A program made the translations under genes and the position numbers. Below are positions 10,711-19,833 of a stretch of DNA of 26,833 nucleotides, piece after piece. Under the pieces are notes generated by a model, which ran no database searches, was not told the origin of the DNA, and saw only the letters and a program-made list of their open reading frames with translations. Position 1 is the first letter of the stretch. Each line of letters opens with the position of its first letter. Source of the stretch: Candidatus Thorarchaeota archaeon (GTDB lineage: Archaea; Asgardarchaeota; Thorarchaeia; Thorarchaeales; Thorarchaeaceae); contig JAFGAR010000165.1 in the NCBI GenBank assembly GCA_016933575.1, forward strand, positions 1 through 26,833. The letters run 5' to 3'.

Positions 10711-10788
10711 TTACATCTGTTTCTCTTGGCGATATGGGCGGCATTCAGGTCCGAAGGTCTCTCGATCAATGACGATACTATTACAAAT
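10711..10788 (-). repeat. Gene-end repeat copy B (core 10711-10776)
   Basis: Minus strand reads ICNS-IVIDRETFGPECRPYRQEKQM*. Confidence 0.95.
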
Positions 10789-10990
10789 TCTGATTATCAT
10801 TAACAACACGCCCAATAGAAACTTGGGAGTAAACAGTACACCGCGACAATTCAAGAGAACCATCAGTCTTTGAGATTGTGGAATCCCCTTGTTCATACAT
10901 TGAGAGTTCAATCACAGAGAATCCGAACCAACCTCAGTTCTATAATGTAAAGAGAGTAAATGATGTATTTGGTCGTTTTCTCAGTATCTT

Positions 10991-11114
10991 GAGGAATGGA
11001 AGGACACTTACAAGTATGGGCGGCGAAGTCTTGTGGAAATCGTGTTCAGCATGATGAAGAGAGTTACTCGTCAAGGTGATCCCACACAACATCAGGAGAG
11101 TTGCTAACGGTTGA
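10991..11114 (+). mobile_element. Remnant of the C-terminus of an IS5/IS4-type DDE transposase, internally deleted
   Basis: EEWKDTYKYGRRSLVEIVFSMMKR carries the Y-x2-R-x3-E-x6-K (YREK) signature. A shifted frame continues ELLVKVIPHNIRRVANG*. Confidence 0.75.
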
Positions 11115-11210
11115 CTGACTTAATGCAGCGACACTATAGAATCAATATGAGTCTATTACGATATTTTCAGTGAGTTGTAACCGCAGACATTCACTGCCTT
11201 CGGAAAACAG

Positions 11211-12269
11211 TCACTCAATGAACGTTAGCAGACCGTTTTGCCACCTCCAACGCAAGGCCTCCGGTGCCATATCAGGATCGAAATAATTTTTCGATACAGT
11301 GACTTCAACATCTCGATCCACTCGAAGAATATCAAGATGCATACAGGAGAGAAGAGGTGTTGCATCGATGACTCTCAGCCGATTCTCTATCAAGTTGAGC
11401 ACCTTAAGTTCAGAACATGATGAGAGGGGGTCGAGTTCGAGCGAAACCAACTCATTTTTAGCAATTCGTAGAGCCTCAAGTTTCACACATGATTCAAGTG
11501 GTGTCAGGTCTATGCTGCCAAGTTTATTGCTGGATATGTCCAAATCTCGAAGTCTACTTCCTGAGTCAATCCAAGAGAGATTAATGATCTTCTGCTTATT
11601 ACCTGAAACGTCAAGAACCTCTAAGTGCGTTAAATTCTTGAGAGGTGTCATGTCGACAGTTGTGAGTCTATTTGCATCTAAGGATAATTCTCTCAACGAA
11701 CTACAGGCTTGAAGAGGTTTCAGATCAATAACATCAATCCTATTATTGGACAGACTTAATCTATCTAGGACTCTAAGATGAGCAAGGATGGATAGGTCGA
11801 TTTTCTGAAGCTTGTTCCTGGATATGCTTATTGATTCAATGTTCTTGCATGACTTGAGCGGGTCCAGATCAAGAGTTGTCAACAGGTTTCTGGCAAGAGA
11901 GAGCCCTCGAAGTCTGGGACATTTGCTGAGAGGTCTCAGATCAACTTCATGGAGAAAATTTTCCGATAGGTCAAGGCTGTCGAGATAGGGACAAGATCTG
12001 AGGGGTGCGAGATCGACTGCTCTCAATCGGTTGTTTGACAGAGAGAGGGTTCTCAGGTCTCTCAACTTGCTCAAGGGGCTTAGATCTACAGTTTCCAGCT
12101 TATTGCGGTATATAACAATCTCATGGAGCTTTGCACATTGTTGGAGTGGAGTGAGATCGATGCTTGCAACCTGCTGTCGCTCAACTCGAAAGTGTCTTGC
12201 ATCTAAGGGAACTGTCCAGTTCAAAGGTTCTCCATTCTTGAGAGTGGACTCCACAATAGTGTTGCTCAT
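11211..12269 (-). CDS. Leucine-rich repeat protein (internalin-like, ~13 repeats of 22 aa), no signal peptide
   Basis: Tandem LxxLxLxxNxLxxxDLxPL repeats. Confidence 0.92.
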   Translation of the reverse strand: MSNTIVESTLKNGEPLNWTVPLDARHFRVERQQVASIDLTPLQQCAKLHEIVIYRNKLETVDLSPLSKLRDLRTLSLSNNRLRAVDLAPLRSCPYLDSLDLSENFLHEVDLRPLSKCPRLRGLSLARNLLTTLDLDPLKSCKNIESISISRNKLQKIDLSILAHLRVLDRLSLSNNRIDVIDLKPLQACSSLRELSLDANRLTTVDMTPLKNLTHLEVLDVSGNKQKIINLSWIDSGSRLRDLDISSNKLGSIDLTPLESCVKLEALRIAKNELVSLELDPLSSCSELKVLNLIENRLRVIDATPLLSCMHLDILRVDRDVEVTVSKNYFDPDMAPEALRWRWQNGLLTFIE

Positions 12270-12340
12270 TGTTCGCTAGTCCTTTGACATACTTCAAATA
12301 TTGAACGGAAACTGGTTCAAGAATCACATCTTAAAACCAT

Positions 12341-13558
12341 CTACGATTTCTCACTCTCTCGAACGACCATATCCTCTGTATGAAGATTATTGTTTTCTCC
12401 ATTGATTATATCCTCTGAATGGACCGGACTGAACCATTTTTGAGCAAAGAATGTGGGTATCACAGCACTTGCAACAACTACTCCGACAAGAACAGAAAAC
12501 TGGACCTGATCTATATATCCTGCCTGCAAACCAAAGAAGCTAGAGATAGTACCAAAGGTCAATCCTGTGCTCATCAGAAGAGTGGTGTACATACTTCCAT
12601 TAGGTATGTATTTTTTAGCAAACAGATAGACTCCTGTAAACTTGGAGAGCATTTTGATGACGAATAATACAAGAAACAGTCCTAGTGCTGACACTATCAA
12701 GGGGAGAGATACGTTCAATCCACTGACGATAAAGAAGAATGGGGTGATTATCGCATAAGCTACGACTCGCAGTCTTTTCACTAATTCCTTTGCCTCATTG
12801 TGAAACGATTTTGACATCACTAGTCCAAAGATGAATGCTGGAAGGACCGCATGGCTTTCGCCAAAATCTGCAAAATAGATGAAAACCAGAAGCACGAGAA
12901 ATATCCACTTGATTTCCGGCTCGATGACCTTGTTCCTAAATCTTGTGCTGTTGAAGAGAAGTGAAGAGTATCTTCCTGCAATGACTATTGCCACTATTGA
13001 CACAAGAATGAATATCAGTGTGTAAAATGATGGTTGAATGAAGAGAATACTTAGAGCTAATGCTGTTCCCATATCAGTCACAAACGTTGAAGCCATAATC
13101 AGTTTTCCAAGAGGCGTTTTCGATAGATTGCTCTCGACGAGAACAGAATAGACTACTGCCAGAGAGGTTGTTGAGAGTGCTGTGCCTGCAATCAAAGAAG
13201 CATTTAACGTCCATCCTCCAATCCAATAGGTGTAAGCAAAGATAGCAATGAATGGTAATAGAAAAGAGGCAGTCCCAATCAGCATACTCTCTCTGAATTT
13301 TTCTTTCATGAGAACAGTATCTATCTCTGCTCCAGCAAGAAATGTGAGGATGATTCCGCCAAATCCTGCTAAATAGACCATCCATGGTTCGCTATAGAAC
13401 CCATAGTGACCTGCTACTACTCCGAATAAGATTTCAACAATAGCTACAGACACACCAAGTCTCAATGAGATTAAGCTTGAGATGAATATAATCAATCCCG
13501 CTATTAGTGGTATCAAGTCGGCTGCCAACTTAATCCGCGCCTCCCGGTCCACCATCAT
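12341..13558 (-). CDS. Cation:proton antiporter (CPA2/KefB-like); probable start is TTG at 13528
   Basis: About 12 TM segments; FLAGAEID, ALSTTSLAVV and FVTD motifs; GGAGG 12 nt upstream of TTG 13528. Confidence 0.88.
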   Translation of the reverse strand: MMVDREARIKLAADLIPLIAGLIIFISSLISLRLGVSVAIVEILFGVVAGHYGFYSEPWMVYLAGFGGIILTFLAGAEIDTVLMKEKFRESMLIGTASFLLPFIAIFAYTYWIGGWTLNASLIAGTALSTTSLAVVYSVLVESNLSKTPLGKLIMASTFVTDMGTALALSILFIQPSFYTLIFILVSIVAIVIAGRYSSLLFNSTRFRNKVIEPEIKWIFLVLLVFIYFADFGESHAVLPAFIFGLVMSKSFHNEAKELVKRLRVVAYAIITPFFFIVSGLNVSLPLIVSALGLFLVLFVIKMLSKFTGVYLFAKKYIPNGSMYTTLLMSTGLTFGTISSFFGLQAGYIDQVQFSVLVGVVVASAVIPTFFAQKWFSPVHSEDIINGENNNLHTEDMVVRESEKS

Positions 13559-13680
13559 TGTATTGCAGAGTCTTCATTGTCATGGAGCCACGGCGTGTGA
13601 CTATGTATCCAATTAAACACCACTTCTTACCTAACAGTATCAATACTATGCTCACCGTTTCTAATGATTTGATGCGAAAA

Positions 13681-13730
13681 GTAGGAATCATCAGCCCGGT
13701 GGGCATTTGATAGTGGTGGATTCCATCACC
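13681..13730 (-). promoter_or_regulatory. Fluoride riboswitch (crcB motif) in the antiporter leader
   Basis: Minus strand GGTGATGGAATCCACCACTATCAAATGCCCACCGGGCTGATGATTCCTAC: P1 GGTG/CACC, P2 GCCC/GGGC, pseudoknot GGAAT/ATTCC, conserved GAUG and CUGAUGA...CCUAC. Confidence 0.88.
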
Positions 13731-13752
13731 AAGTACTCGCACTAGAATTCTC

Positions 13753-13768
13753 TATATTAATTTATTCA
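13753..13768 (-). promoter_or_regulatory. Putative archaeal BRE/TATA promoter for the riboswitch-antiporter transcript
   Basis: Minus strand gaataaaTTAATATA ends ~23 nt upstream of the first riboswitch G. Confidence 0.55.
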
Positions 13769-13839
13769 TCTCGTATAGGTTGCATTCCGTTTAAACTATC
13801 TAAAATCACACATGCAACTCTTGAAAGTACTTCACAGGT

Positions 13840-13938
13840 TCAAGTCTGAATGTCTCTAGCAAAGGTGTAAGCATTTGCCATATCAGTATCATCGGGTTGT
13901 CCCTTGTTCTTTCTGCCACTGACACGAAAGGGACCTCC
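13840..13938 (-). pseudogene. 3' fragment of a flavodoxin-like gene
   Basis: Reads GGPFRVSGRKNKGQPDDTDMANAYTFARDIQT*, like the flavodoxin-family C-terminus GPF...NKG.P...D...A..FA; no 5' part is present. Confidence 0.65.
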
Positions 13939-13967
13939 AATTCAACAGATCATAACCTGAGGAGCTA

Positions 13968-14177
13968 CCGTTCATTGTCAATTGTACAATCTTGGAAACC
14001 TAAGTAAAGTACTCCCAGGAACTGCACTGGGAATGACTCTGTGAGGTCATACATGTGTCAGGTCAACCCCAACTATGTGTTTTGGATGGGGAGTATACTA
14101 GGTCGTACATATTCTCTCAAATAGCCAATTATAAGATGTCCTACTTAGTCCAAGATTATTGTAACTGTTTGTTACCC
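13968..14177 (-). repeat. ~210-bp degenerate repeat, copy 2
   Basis: Reverse complement aligns with 9301-9510. Confidence 0.85.
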
Positions 14178-14264
14178 AATCACAGCAACAATCATTGCGT
14201 ATCCTGATGCAAGACAATCGTCTGGGAATATTGAATCAGTCCCTATACACTTCGATACTTCAGA

Positions 14265-16796
14265 CTATTTTCCATTGCGTTTCTTCTGAAGGATCACGAT
14301 GAGCACAATTGCCACTCCAACACCAACAAGCGCTACAATCACCAAGGTGGGATCGTATGGAGTTCCGTCCATCGTCGTTGTTATTGTAGTCGTCGTTGTA
14401 GTTGTTGTTGTGATTGACTCAGTCACAACAACAGTTACAGTATCAGACTCGGTGTATCCCACTCTATCGCTTACGGTGATCTCAAAGATATAGGTGCCAA
14501 TCGCAAGGCCGTCAATACTGATGGATATTGCGCCTCCATCCCAGGGATAATGTGCGATGAGATCGCTATTTCGCTCTATGAGATACTCCAAGGGATAGAA
14601 ACTGTCAGAATTCCAAACAATGCTATGACCGGTTGTTCCCTCTTCATATTCAACGTCAGCTGGCTTGCTGATAGTCGGACGAAGCATATATGCAATCTCG
14701 TTCAACCAAAGCTCGTAGTTGTCAGCATAGGTCGAGTCATCATTATCGCCCCAGAACTGGTCGATGAGATATGCATTGTAGAGTGTCTTGCCATCATTTC
14801 TTAACACTATGGCGGCATTACCAGCCTGAGGGGTGTCAGTGAAACCTGCAAGAGCTGTGGCATTATCAAACACTGTAAGATTGTCTCCCATATCACCGAT
14901 GTCGTCCGTGGGCGTAAAGTTGGCCGCCCCATAATCATGTGGTCTGTTGAAGACAGGAGCGTCGACATCCCATATGTACAGAGGTATATCATCAGGGACA
15001 TCTGCCACATACTCAAATCCAAGCATTGCCCATAGAGGATCCGTTGGAAAAACATCTACAAGATAGCTTGACATCAGAAATCTCCCGCCGCTCGCAATAT
15101 ACTCTCTGAAGCTAGAATGATGGGAATAGACTGCGTACCAAGGATTGTCAACAATAACCAGATACCAATCCTGAAGATGCAGTGAGAGATTTAGGTACTT
15201 TTCTTGGAATGTCAGATAATAATCGATTCCAAGTTCATTCAGTGCTGTTGCTACAGGACCCCTGTAGTAGCTCGAACTCGAGCCCTCATCAGTATAGAGC
15301 AAGACAGGCGCAGGTCCGCTAGACAGCCAGTTCACGAGATTGATTGCATATTCACGGTTGCTTGCGCTAACAATGTAGAACCAATCGATGAAGTTGATAT
15401 CTCCAGCAAGGAATACTCGCCCTCTTCCATATTCTTGTGCTGCATTGACGATATAAGAGCCATGATACCAGAGTGGGTATGCATCTCCTGTCACATTCAC
15501 ATACACTCCACTTGAATAGTACGTGTCTGGAGCAGTTTCCATTGTCGGATGTTCCGTATTGGCCGTCGTGGTAAATGGACTGACTACGTAGTTCGTAGTT
15601 GTCAACCACATATCAAACCCGCTTAGAAGGTAGTTGATATTGGTATTCTCGACTGAGAATGATGCAACTTCTCCTAAGAGAATCAGTCCACCTCCTTCTG
15701 CCACCCAGCTGGTGACTGCAGCTACTTCGGCAGCTGTAAAGTTCCAGTACGGCGTGTTGATCAGAAGCACATCATAAGGAGCAAGGTTCTCGGTTGTTAG
15801 ATTACCATCAGGCGACTTGAAGAGCTTGTCTACAGTATATGACCGCTCAACAAGAAGATCACGGAAGTAAGCATATCTGTCATCGGCATCATAACCAAGA
15901 TCTGGATCGCCTTTATCAATGCCGAAGTATGGTCTGTGGCTATAGTCGAAGACCAGTCTTGCCTTTGGTCTGGGGCAGAGCCAGTCTATCGCGTCAATTA
16001 TCATCTGGTCGTGACCCTCTGATATGGGGTTACAGTCGCCAAATGTGTGTACCACTCTCCCTCCTGTCAGAGTGTCTCGCGCCAATGTGCTTACCCAATT
16101 ATCGCCTGAATCAGTTGTTGTGATCATCCTGTATTCGTCCGAGTAATCATATGACTGTAATGATGACCAGTCGAATGTTGCCCAGTCTGAGTTGTCCGTG
16201 AACTTGTCACCAATCATGGACTGTTGGGATATTGGATGACGCGTAGCAACTGTGTGGTTCATTGACGACTGGTATGTCCATTTTACTCCGTACCCGTGAT
16301 TATTCAGCATAGCGGGAACCATGACTCCAAAGTAGCATAGAAAACTAGCAACACCATCAAAGCCCAGAATCCCGCCTCCTCCTCTCCAGAAGTCAAGAAC
16401 CTCACGAGTGATTGACTCTCTCGGATTGTTGTCAACCATGACAAAGACATCAAAGAATGCAGTTCTCAGAACATTGGTACCATCAATATCCGCTGCAGTG
16501 AGCCTCTTCACTTCAAATCCTGCATTCACGAGCAGGCTCTCAATGAGAGTCACATTCGTGGTCCATGACCCAGAGTATGAGTAAGATGGCGTTGTAGTAT
16601 TTGTTTCATCATAGAGGGCAACTCGAATCTCACGTTCGATGTCCGACACCTCTTGGAATATATTCACAGGCGTAATGTCTTGCGTGGCTCCTCCATTTTC
16701 AGTTGACTGTGCTATCAAGCTTGGGACAGCTATGGTAGTGAAAAGAGGGTGCAAGACAAGAAAAACTAGTACAAGTAATGTTGCGGCCTTCTTCAA
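14265..16796 (-). CDS. Secreted, membrane-anchored protein with tandem class-I GATase-like/DUF4350 (GIFT-like) domains, one Ig-like repeat, Thr-rich linker and TM tail
   Basis: Signal peptide; LVFDYSH, YDVLLINTP, WVAEGGGLILLGE and YGRGRVFLAGD patterns; poly-Thr; TM plus QKKRNGK. Confidence 0.8.
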   Translation of the reverse strand: MKKAATLLVLVFLVLHPLFTTIAVPSLIAQSTENGGATQDITPVNIFQEVSDIEREIRVALYDETNTTTPSYSYSGSWTTNVTLIESLLVNAGFEVKRLTAADIDGTNVLRTAFFDVFVMVDNNPRESITREVLDFWRGGGGILGFDGVASFLCYFGVMVPAMLNNHGYGVKWTYQSSMNHTVATRHPISQQSMIGDKFTDNSDWATFDWSSLQSYDYSDEYRMITTTDSGDNWVSTLARDTLTGGRVVHTFGDCNPISEGHDQMIIDAIDWLCPRPKARLVFDYSHRPYFGIDKGDPDLGYDADDRYAYFRDLLVERSYTVDKLFKSPDGNLTTENLAPYDVLLINTPYWNFTAAEVAAVTSWVAEGGGLILLGEVASFSVENTNINYLLSGFDMWLTTTNYVVSPFTTTANTEHPTMETAPDTYYSSGVYVNVTGDAYPLWYHGSYIVNAAQEYGRGRVFLAGDINFIDWFYIVSASNREYAINLVNWLSSGPAPVLLYTDEGSSSSYYRGPVATALNELGIDYYLTFQEKYLNLSLHLQDWYLVIVDNPWYAVYSHHSSFREYIASGGRFLMSSYLVDVFPTDPLWAMLGFEYVADVPDDIPLYIWDVDAPVFNRPHDYGAANFTPTDDIGDMGDNLTVFDNATALAGFTDTPQAGNAAIVLRNDGKTLYNAYLIDQFWGDNDDSTYADNYELWLNEIAYMLRPTISKPADVEYEEGTTGHSIVWNSDSFYPLEYLIERNSDLIAHYPWDGGAISISIDGLAIGTYIFEITVSDRVGYTESDTVTVVVTESITTTTTTTTTITTTMDGTPYDPTLVIVALVGVGVAIVLIVILQKKRNGK

Positions 16797-16904
16797 TCCA
16801 CTGCCTCATTGTCCATCTTGTACAATGTAAGTTAAATCAATTATCTTTCCTCATTGTTTGATGTATCATTGTTGCGGAAATAGCTATACGGATGGGTCTC
16901 TCTC

Positions 16905-17177
16905 TTAAGAAAGAACTGATCTCGAGATTGTTATGATTCCATTACTGTGTTGTTTAGGGGTCCGTCTTAGAATATCAATTACTTCGTTCTCTGGGACATC
17001 ATACCAGTGCCCGTAAGCTTCAGCCACCGCAAAGCACCAGTCTGTCTCGATGTGAGGACAAATAAGACTCTCCACTATTGGAAGGACTCTCTCAAGCTAT
17101 GAACCATGCACCGTGGGGATGGCAACAGTGATGCTCTTCATACTGAGAGTCTTGAGCAGCTGGACAGCGGCAATCAT
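16905..17177 (-). pseudogene. 3' half of a COG1926-type phosphoribosyltransferase, 5'-truncated, with an in-frame TAG at 17097-17099
   Basis: Reads MIAAVQLLKTLSMKSITVAIPTVHGS*LERVLPIVESLICPHIETDWCFAVAEAYGHWYDVPENEVIDILR. Confidence 0.75.
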
Positions 17178-17229
17178 ACAGAGCTGTAAAAGCGCAAATT
17201 AGATTTTCTTCTCGATTTGAAAATTGAAC

Positions 17230-17295
17230 CTACATCTGCTTCTCTCGACGATATGGGAGGTATTCAGGGCTGAAAATCTCACGAACCATGACGAT
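17230..17295 (-). repeat. Gene-end repeat copy C
   Basis: Minus strand reads IVMVREIFSPEYLPYRREKQM*. Confidence 0.95.
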
Positions 17296-17298
17296 TCT

Positions 17299-17535
17299 CT
17301 ATACCTTCTTGTACTTTTCTTGGCTTGTCCTATATGCTGTGATTACAATGATGTTTCCTTCTCGTTCTACAAAGAACACTCTCAATATCTTGTTATTTGT
17401 TTCCAGTTGCGCAATCGTGTGTCCCAAACTGTCGGTCATTCTCTTCTCTAATTTTGTTAGTGCTTGGACGACTTCATCTCTTGCAATAGCACGTTGCTTC
17501 ATTCTCTCCAACGCGTGCTTTGTGAAGACAATCAA
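17299..17535 (-). CDS. DUF4258-domain putative RNase toxin
   Basis: FTKHALERMKQR...LRV...IVITAY; 4-nt overlap with the upstream antitoxin gene. Confidence 0.85.
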   Translation of the reverse strand: MIVFTKHALERMKQRAIARDEVVQALTKLEKRMTDSLGHTIAQLETNNKILRVFFVEREGNIIVITAYRTSQEKYKKV

Positions 17536-17759
17536 GCTGTAGCAACCTCTGCGACCAATTCTTCATCACGCAACCTCACCAATCGATTTAGGTCAAGGTC
17601 TCTCTTTGAAAATGCAAGTACTTCTATACCACAAATTTCCCCCTTTGAATCATAATCGATTACTACACCCTCTGCAATTTCTACACTTTCTGCAACATCG
17701 TTTCCCTTTAATCGGAAATATACAGAATCTGCAACTTTGTCATATTCTACCTGCATCAT
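17532..17759 (-). CDS. DUF2283-domain protein (putative antitoxin)
   Basis: YDKVADSVYFRL...ESVEIAEGVVIDYDSKGEICGIEVL. Confidence 0.88.
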   Translation of the reverse strand: MMQVEYDKVADSVYFRLKGNDVAESVEIAEGVVIDYDSKGEICGIEVLAFSKRDLDLNRLVRLRDEELVAEVATA

Positions 17760-17910
17760 TGTTCACCATCCCTGTTCTATTATCCAATTTATGCTTGTCT
17801 ACTAATCTGTTTTCCGTTTTGAATATTGAACATTGAACTCCCTGCTATTCCACTGATTCTCGAAAACCTGGAAAGAGATCAGAATTCCCTCCCTCATCAT
17901 TAAATGAAAA

Positions 17911-17976
17911 TTGCATCAATTCCTCTTCTCTGTAACGCAGACACTCAGGACTTAGAATCTCACGACCCATGATGAT
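17911..17976 (-). repeat. Gene-end repeat copy D
   Basis: Minus strand reads IIMGREILSPECLRYREEELMQ (stop changed to CAA). Confidence 0.88.
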
Positions 17977-18081
17977 TCAAGTTTGGAAGAATACGAATAG
18001 TTACAAACTCAGAAGGTTTTAAGGCAATACTAATTAGAGGATTTGCTGCTATATATAGAGATTTGGTGATGTGAATCCATA

Positions 18082-19833
18082 TTGAAGAAGAAAGGATCTC
18101 GTATTGCATTTATTCTATTCATTATCATTATACTATCACCTCTGGTTATTGCAGACTCAATTACTCCTAATCCAGACTATCTTGATGCGTGCAAAAATCT
18201 GCAGGCTGGTTGGAGCTCAGAGACCATGTACCAAACAAACCCTCTCAGCCCCATCTCTCTGTGTGAGGGAAGCAGCAATGAGGTCTTCATTCTAGATCGT
18301 GAAGCCCATAAGATAGTAGAATTGGAACTAGATACCAGTGTTTCCACATTTCATTCTACAGGTAACTTGTCACTCGATGCAATTGCATTTCAACCAAATG
18401 CTGAAAGAATCATAGCCATTCGCGACTCTGCATTCTATGTGTCTGATGCAGAAGCTTTCCATGTCATTGAGGAACATCCTTCTGCCATTGCATTCTCGAC
18501 CTTAGTTGTAGACCCGACAGATGATTCTATCTATACTGGTCACTGGGGAAATGATACAGCAATCTACCATTTTGATTCTGAGGGTGAATTACTCTCGACC
18601 ATACGTTCTGGAATTCAAGGGTGCGCACAACTCGCACTTGATTCTACGAATAATCTCCTCTATTTCTCAGAGACGTTTCCTGGTAGAATCAGTATGCTTA
18701 ATCTTACTTCTAATTCGACTGTAGTACTTACTTCGGGAATCGCAATTCCTGGAACTGGAGAGGGAATAAGTATCGCTGTCAATCCTGTCGGAGACCTGTA
18801 CTATTACGTTGCAGAAGGGAATGGTCGTGGATTTTGGAGGTACACTGGCACCGCCTTTGAGCACATCATGAATGGTATTCTTGGAATTGGTCCAATTCTC
18901 TGGTCCCAGAAATTCGATGCTGTACTCTGTGTTCCTGGATACGGAGCCTGTGTTGTGAAGTACGACCCAGATACTTCAGAACCGGAACAGCTTACTCCCA
19001 CTGTCAATACAGGATCTATCGTTGAGACCTCGGATGGGTTACTCCTTATCGGTCTTGAGAAGACAATCTACAGGATTGAGTCTGGCCAGATTCATGAGTT
19101 CATTACAGACCTCCCCTTCTCCTGTTTGAAGATGGAATTGGACAGAGATGATAACATCTATGCAGCTCTCAGCAACGACTCGGTATTGATTTTGAAACTT
19201 GGTAGAGATGGTACCAACTCCACATGGTTTGCTGGTCAAGTCGAAGGAGCACTAGCTACGTTCTCCTACGATTCTAAGAATGACGCCATGGTCCTTCTCA
19301 CTGGGAGAGACTCTCCCACAAAATTCGACGTGTGGAGGGTTCCCATGAGTGATCCCGGTGCCTATTCGAAGGTAGTGACAATGGAAAATGTGACAAATGG
19401 GGCTTGTACTGTCGATGACTCTGGAAATATCTATGTCCTTGAGCGCTCTGCAAACATTCTCTATGAGATTCCTGATGGTACCAATGTGATTCAGCAGTTG
19501 TTTTCAAATGTGGTTGAACATGCATATCTTGTTGCCGTAAACATCGAATACTCGAGTATTCTAGATGGTGTGATTCTCTGTCGTAATGACGATCTACAGG
19601 TGTGGCCAGTCTCGGGAGGGAGTTCCTACCTACTTGCTGAGAACAATATCGGTATAGATAACGATGGAATATTCGAGAATGCGAACAACGAACTTGTTTG
19701 CACCCATTCCGGTCAGATATATCGGCTGTCCTACCATGAATCTTCTCCAACACTCCTCATTGTTATTGGTGTTGTGACCTTGGGTGGTGTAGCCTTGCTT
19801 GCACTTGTTATGTTCCACAGGAAACGAGGTTAA
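18082..19833 (+). CDS. Membrane-anchored beta-propeller (NHL/SMP-30-like) surface protein
   Basis: Signal peptide; ~40-aa repeats such as LVVDPTDDSIY, IAVNPVGDLY, LDRDDNIY and VDDSGNIY; C-terminal TM plus HRKRG. Confidence 0.8.
   Translation: MKKKGSRIAFILFIIIILSPLVIADSITPNPDYLDACKNLQAGWSSETMYQTNPLSPISLCEGSSNEVFILDREAHKIVELELDTSVSTFHSTGNLSLDAIAFQPNAERIIAIRDSAFYVSDAEAFHVIEEHPSAIAFSTLVVDPTDDSIYTGHWGNDTAIYHFDSEGELLSTIRSGIQGCAQLALDSTNNLLYFSETFPGRISMLNLTSNSTVVLTSGIAIPGTGEGISIAVNPVGDLYYYVAEGNGRGFWRYTGTAFEHIMNGILGIGPILWSQKFDAVLCVPGYGACVVKYDPDTSEPEQLTPTVNTGSIVETSDGLLLIGLEKTIYRIESGQIHEFITDLPFSCLKMELDRDDNIYAALSNDSVLILKLGRDGTNSTWFAGQVEGALATFSYDSKNDAMVLLTGRDSPTKFDVWRVPMSDPGAYSKVVTMENVTNGACTVDDSGNIYVLERSANILYEIPDGTNVIQQLFSNVVEHAYLVAVNIEYSSILDGVILCRNDDLQVWPVSGGSSYLLAENNIGIDNDGIFENANNELVCTHSGQIYRLSYHESSPTLLIVIGVVTLGGVALLALVMFHRKRG

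Noticed and set aside
10711-10911. 66-aa ORF, plus ORFs 9627-9845, 17224-17451, 25048-25275 and 26296-26748
   Set aside because: Chance ORFs running through repeat copies in various frames; only the last ~26 codons of 10711-10911 are gene-derived.
13530-13742. 70-aa ORF upstream of the antiporter
   Set aside because: Spans the riboswitch, starts at or before the likely transcription start, and has no protein features.
17097-17099. In-frame TAG as possible pyrrolysine or recoding
   Set aside because: The gene is also 5'-truncated and TAG is used as a normal stop elsewhere in the window; decay is the simpler explanation.
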